The notes beneath the pieces are model-generated. The model made no database searches. It was not told the origin of the DNA and was given only the letters and a program-made list of their open reading frames with translations. A stretch of DNA of 64,000 bases, taken from the NCBI GenBank assembly GCA_020073605.1, contig JAIQEW010000015.1, positions 10,231 to 74,230 on the forward strand, written 5' to 3'. Position numbers and translations under genes: made by a program. Origin of the DNA: Terriglobia bacterium. Its GTDB lineage: Bacteria; Acidobacteriota; Terriglobia; Acidiferrales; UBA7541. Positions 19,607-29,748 of this stretch are shown piece after piece (the first letter of the stretch is position 1; the number at the start of each line of letters is the position of its first letter).

Positions 19607-20230
19607 TCAGTTCAAAGCGTGGCCGTTCCCGCCGGCTCGCTTGCGAGCCCGCTGGCGTTCGGCCAGTTTCGGCAAAAACGACTCGATCCAGCGAAAAACC
19701 GTTTCGCGGCGGTCGCCCTCCGAGCGCATTTCGAGCAGCGATTGTCTTTTCTCAAGTTCCATTGGCAACAGCGCGGCCATTCGGTATGAGAGGATGGCCG
19801 CATCGTTTGGTGCGGCGTCGCTCCACGGCCGCCCGAAAAGAAGCCCATGGCATTTGTCAAAGCTCTCGACCAGCAGAGACTCCTTTTCAGCGTCGGTGCG
19901 GAAGGGACCGTCAGCAACGTACTCGACGTTCCCCTCGTAGTATTCCTTTTCATCGAGCAGTTCTTTCAACTGAAACACCGCGCGGCCTTCGGTCAGGATG
20001 TCCGTCCGGCCGTCGGCGTACTCCTTCATCTTCTGGGTGACTTCGGCCGTGCAGCCGACCGTGGCGACGGCGCCATTCGACGCGAGGATCATCCCAAACT
20101 CGAGCCGCTCGTCGAGGCACTTCGCAATCATGATTTTGTAGCGCGGCTCAAAGATGTGCAGGGGAAGCTGCGCGCCCGGAAGAAGCACGACGTCGAGCGG
20201 AAAGAGCGGTATTCGGTTAGGTCGCGTCAT
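19607..20230 (-). CDS. Lon protease N-terminal (LON substrate-binding) domain protein
   Basis: The N-terminus IPLFPLDVVLLPGAQLPLHIFEPRYKIM is the canonical LON-N signature. At 207 aa it has no ATPase or protease domain. Confidence 0.85.
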   Translation of the reverse strand: MTRPNRIPLFPLDVVLLPGAQLPLHIFEPRYKIMIAKCLDERLEFGMILASNGAVATVGCTAEVTQKMKEYADGRTDILTEGRAVFQLKELLDEKEYYEGNVEYVADGPFRTDAEKESLLVESFDKCHGLLFGRPWSDAAPNDAAILSYRMAALLPMELEKRQSLLEMRSEGDRRETVFRWIESFLPKLAERQRARKRAGGNGHALN

Positions 20231-20257
20231 GTGCGCCGGCGTCAGAGCCGGCCACGG

Positions 20258-20581
20258 CTATCGCAGCAGCTCCAGGGCTGCCTGCATTTCATCCCGCGCG
20301 TGCATGTCGCCCGCCTTTTGCGCGACGACGATGCCGTCCGAGAGCAGCTTTCGCGCCTCTTCAATCCGCCCGAGGCGCGCCAGCAGCTGGCCGAACTGGA
20401 AGTATCCCGCCGAATACCCGGGGTTGGTTTCGAGGAGTTTGTGAAAGTGGCCGGTGGCGGCGGAATCATCCCCCAGCTTGATGCATTCGAGCGCAAGGCC
20501 GTATCGCGCAAATGCGTCGCCGGGTTTCTGGGCGACGAATTGCTCGAGGAGTTCGCGGCGCGATTTCTGCGTCTGTGTCAT
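20258..20581 (-). CDS. Small tetratricopeptide-repeat protein
   Basis: Start taken at MTQTQKSRRELLEQF (107 aa). TPR-like helices are ARYGLALECIKLGDDSAATGHFHKLLETNPGYSAGYFQFGQLL. The upstream part of the 191-aa ORF is Arg/Pro-rich. Confidence 0.6.
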   Translation of the reverse strand: MTQTQKSRRELLEQFVAQKPGDAFARYGLALECIKLGDDSAATGHFHKLLETNPGYSAGYFQFGQLLARLGRIEEARKLLSDGIVVAQKAGDMHARDEMQAALELLR

Positions 20582-20622
20582 GAAGTGAGGCTCGTTAGTA
20601 TAGCGGGAGCGCGGCTGCGGAG

Positions 20623-22017
20623 CTAGGACGCCGCAAGAGCCCGGCCTTTTAGGTGCGCGTGTACCGCGTGGGCGGTTTGGAATCCCTGCTCGACGCATTT
20701 TGGGATCGATGGCCCCTGGAGGTAGTTGCTCGAAAAGAATAGACCCGGAATTTCGCGTTCCGCGTCCCGAATGGCGCGGACGACGTGCCCGTGCCCCAGG
20801 TTGTACTGCGGCAGAGCCTTCGGATGTTTCCATACCGCCGAGACAATCGGCGATCCCGTCACTTCCAGAATGTGCTCGTTTTCCTGCTGCACGATCGCCG
20901 CAATTTCCTTTTCCGTCTTGTCCATAATCTCGGGGTCGGTCACGCCTCCGGCGAAACTCGTGATGGTGAACTGTCCATCGCGGGCGCGCTCAGGGAAGAG
21001 CGACGAATTCCACACGGTTCCGAGCGTGTGATACTTCTCGCTGCGCGGGATGAGTACCCCGAAGCCATCGAGCTCGGCGCTAAGCTGATGCGTGTAGTAT
21101 CCCGACGCGACCACAGCCACTGCGGCGTATGCGATCCCTGAAAGAGACGCAGCCAGCGGCGATGAAATCTGCGCCACGAGGTGCGAAGCCGTATACGCTG
21201 GTGTCGCCAGCACGAGGGCTCGCGCGGACACGGTTTCCTGCCGGCCGCCTTGGGTCATGCGGATTTCGTAGCGCGGGCCGCTGGTAGTCTGCACGCGCGT
21301 TACGGCATCTGCATGCACGCCTCCTCGAACGTTCTGGCCGACGTGCGTGGCAAGGGCCCGCGTCAGCGTCGCCATTCCTCCCCGGAATGAGCACAGCCGG
21401 GGTGGCCCGCTGGTCGTTCCCTTTGGCGGCCGGGATTTCATCGCGCCGCGCAGAATGCTTCCGTATTCTCGCTCCCATTCCTCGAGCGAGGGAAACGCCG
21501 CGCGCAGGCTCAGCTTCTCGGGATCTCCCGCATAGACTCCGGAAACGAACGGCGCCACCAAGTATTCGAGAATCTCGTGCCCAAACTTCCGCCGTACGAA
21601 GTCCGCAACCGATTCTTCTTCGCTCGGCGGTTTTGTCTTCCGGAAGGCCTCGGAGACAACTTTCCATCGCGAGCCCACTCCCAGCAGGGAACTGGAAACA
21701 ATCGCTTGCGGCGACATCGGCACCTTCTGTAGCTGTCCGTGCCGAAGGATGTACCGCGGAGCGCGCGGATCGGCCATGCACAGATCCGCTTCGATCCCCA
21801 ATTCGCGGACCAGGTCGAGCATCGCGTCGGTGCCCTGAAAACTCTGTGGACCTGTCTCGAAGAGAAATCCGTCCTGCGTGCTCGTGCCGATCAGCCCGCC
21901 CACCGAGTCCGCGGCTTCGAGCAGCGTCACCGGCGATCCGAGCTGTTGGAGCCGGAAAGCGCACGCGAGGCCCGAAATCCCCCCGCCGATGACGACGACT
22001 TGTTGTGGATCGGCCAT
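20623..22017 (-). CDS. hemY: FAD-dependent protoporphyrinogen/coproporphyrinogen oxidase (HemY family)
   Basis: Start at MADPQQVVVIGGGISGLACAF (dinucleotide-binding GxGxxG). About 464 aa. Sits in the hem cluster. Confidence 0.85.
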   Translation of the reverse strand: MADPQQVVVIGGGISGLACAFRLQQLGSPVTLLEAADSVGGLIGTSTQDGFLFETGPQSFQGTDAMLDLVRELGIEADLCMADPRAPRYILRHGQLQKVPMSPQAIVSSSLLGVGSRWKVVSEAFRKTKPPSEEESVADFVRRKFGHEILEYLVAPFVSGVYAGDPEKLSLRAAFPSLEEWEREYGSILRGAMKSRPPKGTTSGPPRLCSFRGGMATLTRALATHVGQNVRGGVHADAVTRVQTTSGPRYEIRMTQGGRQETVSARALVLATPAYTASHLVAQISSPLAASLSGIAYAAVAVVASGYYTHQLSAELDGFGVLIPRSEKYHTLGTVWNSSLFPERARDGQFTITSFAGGVTDPEIMDKTEKEIAAIVQQENEHILEVTGSPIVSAVWKHPKALPQYNLGHGHVVRAIRDAEREIPGLFFSSNYLQGPSIPKCVEQGFQTAHAVHAHLKGRALAAS

Positions 22018-22031
22018 GTCCGTGTGGCTGG

Positions 22032-23444
22032 CTAGAGCGTCTTTGAAAACAACGGCTTCTCGGCCATGCGCTGCTCTTCGAGATAGCGATCGAACACCAT
22101 GGCCACGTTGCGTATGAAAATGCGCCCGAGCGGCATGACGCAAATCTCGTCCGCGGAGAGCGCCACCAGGCCGTCTTCAGCCGCTTCGTCGAGGCGCGCA
22201 ATTTCCTTGGAAAAATATTCGTCGAACGAAATCGAAAACTCGCGCTCTACCTCTCGCTTCGGAATCACCGTGTGGCACAGCAGCCGCCCGATCACCGCGC
22301 GGCGGATCAGGTCGTCGGCGGAGAGCCGGTAGCCGCGCATGGTGGCGAGCCCGCGCTCCGTCACCGCCGTTTCGTATGCGGGCACTTCGCGCCGGTTCTG
22401 CGCGTACGCCTCCCCGATCGAACTGATCGCGCTCACGCCCATCCCATAAAGGTCGGCGCCCGCCTTGGTCGTGTATCCCTGAAAGTTCCGGTGCAGAGTG
22501 CGGTTCTGCTGCGCCGTCGCAAGCTCGTCGCCCGGCCGCGCGAAGTGGTCCATCCCGATGTAGAGGTACCCGGCCTCGAGAAACTTTTCCAGCCCCGCGC
22601 GAAAAACTTGCAGCTTTACGCGGCCCTCCGGCAAATGCTTCGCAAACGAGCCCTGCTGTTTTCGCAGCCAGGGCACGTGCGCGTAGCTGAACATGGCCAC
22701 GCGATCGGGAGCGAGTTTCAGCACTCGATCGATCGTCGCGCGAAAAGTGTCCGCCGTCTGGTACGGCAAGCCGTAGATCAGGTCCACGCTGATGCTCTGA
22801 AAACCCAGGTCGCGCGCCGCGACGATCAGATCGCGCGTCATCTCGTACGGCTGCACCCGGTGGATCGCCTTCTGCACTTGCGGCTCGAAATCCTGGATTC
22901 CCATGCTCAGGCGGTTGAATCCGAGCCGGCGCAGGGATTCGAGGTGCGCGCTGCTCGTCACCCGCGGATCGACTTCGATCCCAATCTCGGCATCCGGCGC
23001 GAATGAATACCGCTCGCGCGTGTATCCGAAGAGGTCCTCCATTTGCGCGGGCGTCAGGTATGTCGGCGTGCCGCCGCCCCAGTGAAATTGAATCACCGGC
23101 CGTGTCCGCGCGACCATCTGCGCAACGTGGTCGATCTCTTTCTTCAGCGCGGAGAGGTAGGGAGTGAGTACGCTCTTGTCCTTCTGGATCGATACGTTGC
23201 AGGCGCAGAACAGGCACAGGCTCTCGCAGAAGGGAAGGTGCATGTAGAGCGAGAGCGGCGTTTTCCGCTCGTCGGCCCGGGCGAAGTGCTCTTCGAGGTC
23301 CCCTGGCCCGAAATCGTCCTTCCACACGGGCGCGGTCGGGTAGCTCGTGTAGCGCGGCCCCGGCCGGTTGTACTTCTCGAGCAGTTCCTCGGAGACCGAG
23401 CCGATCTCGATCTTGTTGCTCGCTGTTGTCTTCAGTTCGCTCAT
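22032..23444 (-). CDS. hemN: Oxygen-independent coproporphyrinogen III oxidase (radical SAM)
   Basis: 470 aa with RYTSYPTA, the radical-SAM cluster CESLCLFCAC and GGGTPTYL. Confidence 0.92.
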   Translation of the reverse strand: MSELKTTASNKIEIGSVSEELLEKYNRPGPRYTSYPTAPVWKDDFGPGDLEEHFARADERKTPLSLYMHLPFCESLCLFCACNVSIQKDKSVLTPYLSALKKEIDHVAQMVARTRPVIQFHWGGGTPTYLTPAQMEDLFGYTRERYSFAPDAEIGIEVDPRVTSSAHLESLRRLGFNRLSMGIQDFEPQVQKAIHRVQPYEMTRDLIVAARDLGFQSISVDLIYGLPYQTADTFRATIDRVLKLAPDRVAMFSYAHVPWLRKQQGSFAKHLPEGRVKLQVFRAGLEKFLEAGYLYIGMDHFARPGDELATAQQNRTLHRNFQGYTTKAGADLYGMGVSAISSIGEAYAQNRREVPAYETAVTERGLATMRGYRLSADDLIRRAVIGRLLCHTVIPKREVEREFSISFDEYFSKEIARLDEAAEDGLVALSADEICVMPLGRIFIRNVAMVFDRYLEEQRMAEKPLFSKTL

Positions 23445-24517
23445 GGGCGCGCAGACACCATCGCCGTCTGCCCGGCTTCGACAAACGCTCTCGCGTTCTC
23501 CACGGGCGTTGTCGGCAAAATCCCGTGGCCAAGGTTCAGTATATGCCCGGCGCCGCCTGTTTTCTCGATCGCTTCCCGCGCCGCCCGGCGAATTCCGGCC
23601 TGGTCACCGAGTAGTACGGAAGGGTCCACGTTTCCCTGGAGAGCCACTTTGTTGCCGAGCTTGCGTCGCGCCTCCGCGAGGTCTGTCTTCCAATCGACGC
23701 TCAGCACATCCGCGCCCGACTTCGCCATTCCGTCCAGGTGCTGCGCCGAGCCTTTCGCAAACAAAATCTTAGGCACGCCGTTTTCGCCCAGCGCGTGCAA
23801 AACCATTTGCGTTGCGGGCAGCTCAAACGCGTCGTACTCCTCCCGCGTAAGCTCCCCCGCCCACGTGTCGAACAATTGCACCACACTCGCTCCCGCGGCG
23901 ATCTGCGACTTTAGATATTCCGCCGTCGCCTGCGCGATCCGCTCGAGCAGTTCGCGCACGGTCTGGGGCTCGTCTCGCAGCATTCGCTTGGCGCGGGAAA
24001 TGTCTCCGCGCGTCTGTCCTTCAATCATATAGCAGGCGAGTGTCCACGGCGCCGCCGCGAATCCGATCACTGGCACATCAGGACCCGCCTCTTTGCAAAT
24101 CGCGCGGATCGCGTCGCCGACGAATCGCGTCTCCCGCTCGGGATCGAAATCTCGCAGCCGCCCGACCGCCCCCGCGTCGCGCACGGGATTCGAAAGCACG
24201 GGCCCGGAATCGGGCACCGCAAGAGGCAATCCCATGGCCTCGGCCACGATCAGGATATCGGAAAAGACGATGATGGCATCCACGCCCAGCACGCGATACG
24301 GCTGGATCGATACCTCGGCTGCCAGCTCCGGGGTCTTGCAGATTTCGAGAAACGAATGCCGCGCTCGCACGGCCTGATATTCGGGCAGGTAGCGCCCCGC
24401 CTGGCGCATGATCCACACCGGAACGCGCTCGGTCGGCTGGAACCGGCAGGCGCGCAGGAAGAGGTCTCTTTTGTTTTCGTCGCTCTGCCTCATTGGATAT
24501 GGACGTTCTTCGATCAT
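23441..24517 (-). CDS. hemE: Uroporphyrinogen decarboxylase
   Basis: VPVWIMRQAGRYLPEY signature. The alternative start M9 is at 24493. There is a 4-nt overlap with hemN. Confidence 0.92.
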   Translation of the reverse strand: MIEERPYPMRQSDENKRDLFLRACRFQPTERVPVWIMRQAGRYLPEYQAVRARHSFLEICKTPELAAEVSIQPYRVLGVDAIIVFSDILIVAEAMGLPLAVPDSGPVLSNPVRDAGAVGRLRDFDPERETRFVGDAIRAICKEAGPDVPVIGFAAAPWTLACYMIEGQTRGDISRAKRMLRDEPQTVRELLERIAQATAEYLKSQIAAGASVVQLFDTWAGELTREEYDAFELPATQMVLHALGENGVPKILFAKGSAQHLDGMAKSGADVLSVDWKTDLAEARRKLGNKVALQGNVDPSVLLGDQAGIRRAAREAIEKTGGAGHILNLGHGILPTTPVENARAFVEAGQTAMVSARP

Positions 24518-24677
24518 AATAGCAGATGCCCGCGAGCCTCGCAGCGAAGCACTCTGTCATTCCGAGGGCTGCGTAGTTGGCGGCTCGAGGAATCTGCTCT
24601 TCTCTGATGGCGTACCTGCGCGCGCCGCGTTCCCCTTACACACCCATTCGGCGCTATAATCCTTTGCGGTTTCCTCC

Positions 24678-25493
24678 ATGCTCAATCATATGAGCTACTT
24701 GAGTCTCGCGCTGTACGCCGCGTGCTTCATCTGCTACGCGCGGGTGCTCTACGTCCCGAATCTCTGGCTGGGGCGCTTGGCCACACTCCTCATGGCGGGA
24801 GGGATCCTGTTTCATTACTTCGCCCTTCTCGATCGATCCCAGGGAACGCATACGATCCCCTACGACGATCTTTACGGCTCGATGTCGCTTTTCGCGTGGC
24901 TTCTGGGCGTCACATATCTCGGCCTTGAAATCCTTCATCGCCAGCGATCCGTGGGGGCGTTTGTGTCGCTCCTGCTTGTCGTCTGGATGGCCCTGCTGGG
25001 CGTGCTTGCCCCGCACACGATTCCGGCGCCTCCCCGCGCCCAGGGGCCGCTCTTCGCGCTTCACATTGCGCTCAACACGTGGGCCTACTCGGCCTTCGCC
25101 CTGTCGTTCGTCTTGAGCCTCGTCTATCTCATGCAAGACAGGATCCTGCGTTCGCACCACGCTGGGACGGCCTTCTGGCGCTTTCCTGCGCTGGATGTTC
25201 TCGACCGCATGTCTCGCAGCAGCGTGTTCGTGGGGCTTGCGGCCCTGGCCGTGGGTGTCACGAGCGGCTTCATATGGGCGCACCGCCTGACCGGGTCGTA
25301 TCCCTGGAGCGATCCCAAAGTGGTTGTTACGATGGTGATTCTGGTTGTGTACATTGGATACCTGGTGCTTTCGCGCACCGTCCGCTGGCGCGGCTCCCGT
25401 GCCGCTCTGGTCTGCGCTGTGAATTTCGCGGTTGTGCTGTTCAGCTACACGTTTGTAAATTGGTATTTCACCAGGTTTCACCGCTTCTTCTGA
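24678..25493 (+). CDS. Cytochrome c assembly (CcsA/HemX-like) membrane protein
   Basis: 271-aa polytopic protein with a Trp-rich segment (GFIWAHRLTGSYPWSDPK). It sits directly before hemA, as B. subtilis hemX does, with a stop/start overlap TGATG. Confidence 0.75.
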   Translation: MLNHMSYLSLALYAACFICYARVLYVPNLWLGRLATLLMAGGILFHYFALLDRSQGTHTIPYDDLYGSMSLFAWLLGVTYLGLEILHRQRSVGAFVSLLLVVWMALLGVLAPHTIPAPPRAQGPLFALHIALNTWAYSAFALSFVLSLVYLMQDRILRSHHAGTAFWRFPALDVLDRMSRSSVFVGLAALAVGVTSGFIWAHRLTGSYPWSDPKVVVTMVILVVYIGYLVLSRTVRWRGSRAALVCAVNFAVVLFSYTFVNWYFTRFHRFF

Positions 25494-26863
25494 TGGGCAC
25501 CGCCTCCAAACCGAAAAGCTCGCCGGCCGGCGCCGGTCCGGTCCACTCCGGGACGCGCATCCAGATCGCTCTGATCGGGTGCAGTCATCGCACGGCTCCC
25601 GTTGAGCTTCGCGAGCGCGTTGCGTTCACTGCCGAACAGGCGGTGGAAGCCGCCCGCGAACTTCGCCGCCAGGGCATTCTCGAGGAAGCCGTCGTCCTCT
25701 CCACCTGCAATCGCAGCGAGCTCTATGGCGTACGAAGCGATGCCGGCTCGGAAATCACCGAGGCGATGGAGGAATTCCTCACTACCTTTCACGGAATCTC
25801 GCGTGCTGAGCTGGAAGGACGCACGTATCGCTGGCTCGATACGGATGCCGTCCGCCATCTTTTCCGCGTCGCTTCAGGGCTCGATTCGATGCTCCTCGGC
25901 GAAGCCGAAATCCTGGGCCAGCTCCGCACCGCTTACGGACAGGCGCTCGAGCACGGCGCCACCGGCCCCGTTCTCAATCGCGCTTTTCAGGGCGCGCTGG
26001 AAGTAGGGAAGCGGGTTCGCGCGGAAACCGAAGTCGGAGCACGGCCGATGTCGGTCGCTTTCGCGGGCGTCAAGCTGGCGGAGCGCGTCTTCGGCAATCT
26101 GAAGGGCCGCTCCGCCTTGATCGTCGGCGCCGGAGCCGTCGCCGAGCAGGTCATCGAGCACCTCCGCAATCGCGGCATCGGCAGTCTGCGCGTCGTGAAT
26201 CGATCGCACGACCGCGCCACCGAGCTTGCCGCGCGCATGGGCGGCGAAGCGGTCGCCTGGGAGTCACTCGAACAGGTGCTCGGCGCGCCCGACATTATTG
26301 TCACGTCTGTAGCGAATGCCGGGCCCGTCCTCACGCGCGCCATGCTCGAGCGCGCTCTAGCCGTTCGAGGCGGCCGGCCGATTTTCGTCGTCGATCTGGG
26401 AGTTCCGCGCAACGTGGCTCCGGAAGCGGCGGGCCTGTACAACTTTTATCTCTACAACGTCGATGACCTCGGCGAGATCGTCGAGCAGAATAAGCGCGCC
26501 CGCGAAGCTGAAATCCCGCGCGCCGAAGCCCTCGTCACCGAGCACATCGCGAAGTTTCACTCCTGGCGCGCCGCGCTTGAAGCGGGATCGGTTGTCGATG
26601 ACCTTCGCGGGCGCTTCCGCGAGCAGCGGGAAGCCCTCCTGCGCGAACGCCTCGCCGGAATGCAAAACGTCTCGCCCGAAGAGCGCGAGCGCCTGGCCGC
26701 CATCACCGAGGAATTGGTCGAGCGTCTCCTGGAAGAGCCTGCCCAGAAGATTCGCCAGGGTGGCACGATGCGCGGCCGCCTCGGCGCCATCGACGCCGTC
26801 CGCCACCTCTTCGGTCTAGACACTTCGAAGGCAAAAGGTTCCGGGAGCGAGGATTCGGAGTGA
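25493..26863 (+). CDS. hemA: Glutamyl-tRNA reductase
   Basis: Start at ATG 25493 (MGTASKP..IALIGCSHRTAPVELRE). Motifs LSTCNRSELY and GAGAVAE (NADPH site). The long 25079 ORF start overlaps the previous gene out of frame. Confidence 0.92.
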   Translation: MGTASKPKSSPAGAGPVHSGTRIQIALIGCSHRTAPVELRERVAFTAEQAVEAARELRRQGILEEAVVLSTCNRSELYGVRSDAGSEITEAMEEFLTTFHGISRAELEGRTYRWLDTDAVRHLFRVASGLDSMLLGEAEILGQLRTAYGQALEHGATGPVLNRAFQGALEVGKRVRAETEVGARPMSVAFAGVKLAERVFGNLKGRSALIVGAGAVAEQVIEHLRNRGIGSLRVVNRSHDRATELAARMGGEAVAWESLEQVLGAPDIIVTSVANAGPVLTRAMLERALAVRGGRPIFVVDLGVPRNVAPEAAGLYNFYLYNVDDLGEIVEQNKRAREAEIPRAEALVTEHIAKFHSWRAALEAGSVVDDLRGRFREQREALLRERLAGMQNVSPEERERLAAITEELVERLLEEPAQKIRQGGTMRGRLGAIDAVRHLFGLDTSKAKGSGSEDSE

Positions 26864-27807
26864 CGCGGCTGCGCATCGGGACGCGCGGCAGTTCGCTCGC
26901 TCTCTGGCAAGCCAACCACATCGCCGCCCGCCTGGCGGAACTCCACGGCATCGAAACGGAAATCATCCGTATCCGTACTTCCGGCGATCGCCTTCAGTCC
27001 GTGCCGGTCGCTCAAGTCAACGAGCAGATCGGTCCGGAATCAGGAATGAAGGGCATCTTCATCAAGGAAATCGAAGACGCGCTGCTTGCGAACACCGTGG
27101 ACCTCGCCGTCCACAGCATGAAGGATATTCCCACGGAGATTCCTCGCGGCCTCGCGTTTCCGGCGATCACGCGTCGTGAGGACCCGCGCGATTGCTTGAT
27201 CTCCCGCAGCGGCCGCACTCTGAAAGGGCTGCCGCAGGGCGCGCGCGTCGGCACGAGCAGCTTGCGCCGTCAAGCGCAGCTTCGCCACTATCGGCCGGAT
27301 CTCGAGGCCGTCGATCTGCGCGGCAACGTTGATACGCGCATGAAGAAACTCGACGCCGGCGAATTCGACGCCGTCGTGCTTGCCATCGCGGGACTGAATC
27401 GGTTGGGCGCCACCGCTCGCGTAACGCAGGTCCTGAATGCGGACGTCATGCTTCCCGCCGTCGGCCAGGGCGCCATTGGAATCGAAACGCGCTCCGACGA
27501 TCGCAAAACGTTGGATATGGTCGCCGCTCTCGACGACGCCGAAACGCGCGCCTGCGTCACCGCCGAGCGCGCTCTCCTGCACGAGCTTCAGGGCGGCTGC
27601 CAGGTTCCTCTTGGCGCCTGGGCGCGTCTCGTGGACGGCAACCTGCATCTTGAAGCTGCCGTTTTCTCAGTCGATGGGAAGGAATTCGTTCGCCGAGAGG
27701 AGCGCGGCTCTGCCGGCGATCCCGCCGGGGTAGGGAAGCGCCTTGGCCAGATCCTCATCGAAGCTGGCGCGGACCGAATCCTGCGCCTCGCTGGCCGCGC
27801 TCTGTGA
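26860..27807 (+). CDS. hemC: Hydroxymethylbilane synthase (porphobilinogen deaminase)
   Basis: GTG start overlaps the hemA stop. Motifs LRIGTRGSSLALWQA, HSMKDIP and the cofactor Cys in LQGGCQVPLGA. Confidence 0.92.
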   Translation: MTRLRIGTRGSSLALWQANHIAARLAELHGIETEIIRIRTSGDRLQSVPVAQVNEQIGPESGMKGIFIKEIEDALLANTVDLAVHSMKDIPTEIPRGLAFPAITRREDPRDCLISRSGRTLKGLPQGARVGTSSLRRQAQLRHYRPDLEAVDLRGNVDTRMKKLDAGEFDAVVLAIAGLNRLGATARVTQVLNADVMLPAVGQGAIGIETRSDDRKTLDMVAALDDAETRACVTAERALLHELQGGCQVPLGAWARLVDGNLHLEAAVFSVDGKEFVRREERGSAGDPAGVGKRLGQILIEAGADRILRLAGRAL

Positions 27808-27810
27808 CCT

Positions 27811-28623
27811 ATGTCGATGACGCCAAACCTTCCACTAGTAGGCAAACGCATCGTCGTCACGCGCGCGGCCGAACAGGCCCCTGAACTGGTCCGTGCGCTC
27901 GAATCCCTTGGAGCTCAGGTATTGCTGCTGCCTTTGGTGACCTTCACCCCGCCTGAGGATTGGCGCCCTGTCGATAGTGCACTCGAGCGCATCGCCACGT
28001 TCGACTGGGTTCTATTCACGAGCCAGAATGCGGTACGATTCTTCGCCGGGCGCGCTGCGCAGTTGCATCGTGAAAAGGGATGGCCGCGGCCGCCGAAGAT
28101 TGCCGCCGTGGGACCTGCAACGGCGAGCGCGGCAGAGCGGGAAGGTTTTCAAGTGGACCACACAGCACAAGAACATTCGGGCGAAGGCCTCTCGCGCGAA
28201 CTCTCGGCTTCGCTTGCCGGGCGCAGCGTGCTCCTTCCTCGCAGCGATCGCGCCGACAGCCGCCTGCCGGATGCGCTTCTGAAAATCGGCGCGCAGGTGA
28301 CCGAAGTCATCGCCTACAGAACTGCGCCGCCCAATTCACTCGACTCCAAGATTGTCTCGGCCCTTGCTGCAGGAAGCGTGGATGCAATCGTTTTTGCCAG
28401 TCCTTCGGCATTCCACAATGTGGCTGGTTTGCTTGGCGCAGGCGGAATGAAGAAGCTCTCCGAAAGCGCCCAATTCGCGGCGATTGGTCCGACCACCGCA
28501 AGCGCCATACGCGCCGGCGGCGCGCACGTTGAGATCGAAGCGGAAGAATCCTCGGCGGCAGGCTTGGCGGACGCCATCGCGAAGCACTTCCAGCAACGCT
28601 CGGAAACTGCGAGGCGCGCATGA
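27811..28623 (+). CDS. hemD: Uroporphyrinogen-III synthase
   Basis: 270 aa with a HemD-like two-lobed pattern (RIVVTRA.., [22 protein letters not shown]). Sits between hemC and hemB. Confidence 0.8.
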   Translation: MSMTPNLPLVGKRIVVTRAAEQAPELVRALESLGAQVLLLPLVTFTPPEDWRPVDSALERIATFDWVLFTSQNAVRFFAGRAAQLHREKGWPRPPKIAAVGPATASAAEREGFQVDHTAQEHSGEGLSRELSASLAGRSVLLPRSDRADSRLPDALLKIGAQVTEVIAYRTAPPNSLDSKIVSALAAGSVDAIVFASPSAFHNVAGLLGAGGMKKLSESAQFAAIGPTTASAIRAGGAHVEIEAEESSAAGLADAIAKHFQQRSETARRA

Positions 28624-29591
28624 CGTTTCCCGCTCATCGCCCGCGCCGCCTGCGCCGCACCGAAGCTCTCCGAGGCCTCGTCCGCGAAACGCGCATCTCG
28701 ACGGCGGGCCTCGTCTATCCGATGTTTGCCTGCCCCGGCTCGAAGGTCCGCACCGAAGTCAGCTCGATGCCTGGAATTTTCCAGCAGTCGCCCGACCAGA
28801 TCGTCGAAGAGTGCCGCGAAGTCGCTGGCCTCGGTATTCCCGCCGTGATTCTTTTCGGCCTGCCCGAAAAGAAGGACGAGACCGGTTCGGAAGCCGCGTC
28901 GCCGAAGGGCGCCGTGCAGCTCTCGATTCAGGCGATCCGCAAGGCGAAGGTCGATCTGCTCGTCCTTACCGACGTCTGCCTCTGCGAATACACGAGCCAC
29001 GGCCACTGCGGCGTCATCAAAGATGGCGAAGTCCTCAACGATCCGAGCCTCGCGCTCCTGGCCGAAGCCGCGCTTTCGCACGCGCGCGCCGGCGCCGATA
29101 TCGTCGCGCCCTCGGACATGATGGACGGCCGCGTTGCCGCGATTCGCCGCAAGCTCGACGAAAACAAGTTCCAGGATATTGCCATCCTCTCGTACGCTGC
29201 CAAATACTGCTCTGCCTTCTACGGCCCCTTCCGTGAGGCCGCGCAATCCGCGCCGCAGTTCGGTGACCGCCGCAGCTATCAGATGGATCCGGCCAACGCG
29301 CGCGAAGCGCTCCGCGAAGTCGCTCTCGATCTCGAAGAGGGTGCGGACATCATCATGGTCAAGCCTGCGCTTCCGTATCTCGACGTGATCGCCCGCGTCC
29401 GTGATCGCTTCGACGTTCCCGTCGCCGCCTACAACGTCAGCGCCGAATTCTCCATGGTGAAGGCCGCCGCGCAAAAGGGCTGGATCGACGAGCAGCGCAT
29501 CGTCCTCGAAATCATCACCAGCATCCAGCGCGCAGGCGCCTCCGTCATCCTCACCTATCACGCCAAGGACGTCGCCCGCTGGCTGAAATAA
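28620..29591 (+). CDS. hemB: Porphobilinogen synthase (ALA dehydratase)
   Basis: HRPRRLR N-terminus, active-site region [14 protein letters not shown], Schiff-base lysine contexts ([11 protein letters not shown]; SYAAKY). ATGA overlap with hemD. Confidence 0.92.
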   Translation: MTFPAHRPRRLRRTEALRGLVRETRISTAGLVYPMFACPGSKVRTEVSSMPGIFQQSPDQIVEECREVAGLGIPAVILFGLPEKKDETGSEAASPKGAVQLSIQAIRKAKVDLLVLTDVCLCEYTSHGHCGVIKDGEVLNDPSLALLAEAALSHARAGADIVAPSDMMDGRVAAIRRKLDENKFQDIAILSYAAKYCSAFYGPFREAAQSAPQFGDRRSYQMDPANAREALREVALDLEEGADIIMVKPALPYLDVIARVRDRFDVPVAAYNVSAEFSMVKAAAQKGWIDEQRIVLEIITSIQRAGASVILTYHAKDVARWLK

Positions 29592-29598
29592 CGGGTTA

Positions 29599-29680
29599 GG
29601 TGGTAGGGCGGGGATTTATCCCCGCCGTAAACGATGGCGCGCAGCGCCTTCCTATGCGCTGTTCCTCTCGCAGCAAGTTT
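29599..29680 (+). repeat. REP/MITE-like element (GGGCGGGGATTTATCCCCGCC hairpin plus GCGCCTTCCnATGCGC..GCAGCAAGT tail)
   Basis: Same architecture as the reverse-oriented copies at 38321-38408 and 39143-39228. Sits downstream of the hemB stop. Confidence 0.7.
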
Positions 29681-29748
29681 TGGCATTTTGGTTTTGAGTC
29701 TCGACTGTCAACTCTTGACTGTTGACTGTAAACTGTCGGCTGCTCTCG

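Noticed and set aside
28314-29561. 415-aa ORF antisense to hemB (similar cases: 33160-34965 antisense to the TonB receptor, 29764-30795 antisense to hemL, 22177-23532 off-frame in hemN, 21080-22201 off-frame in hemY)
   Set aside because: These are shadow ORFs opposite to, or out of frame with, genes that carry unmistakable enzyme motifs. They are Arg/Gly/Asp-rich, have no recognisable domains, and are expected at this GC content.
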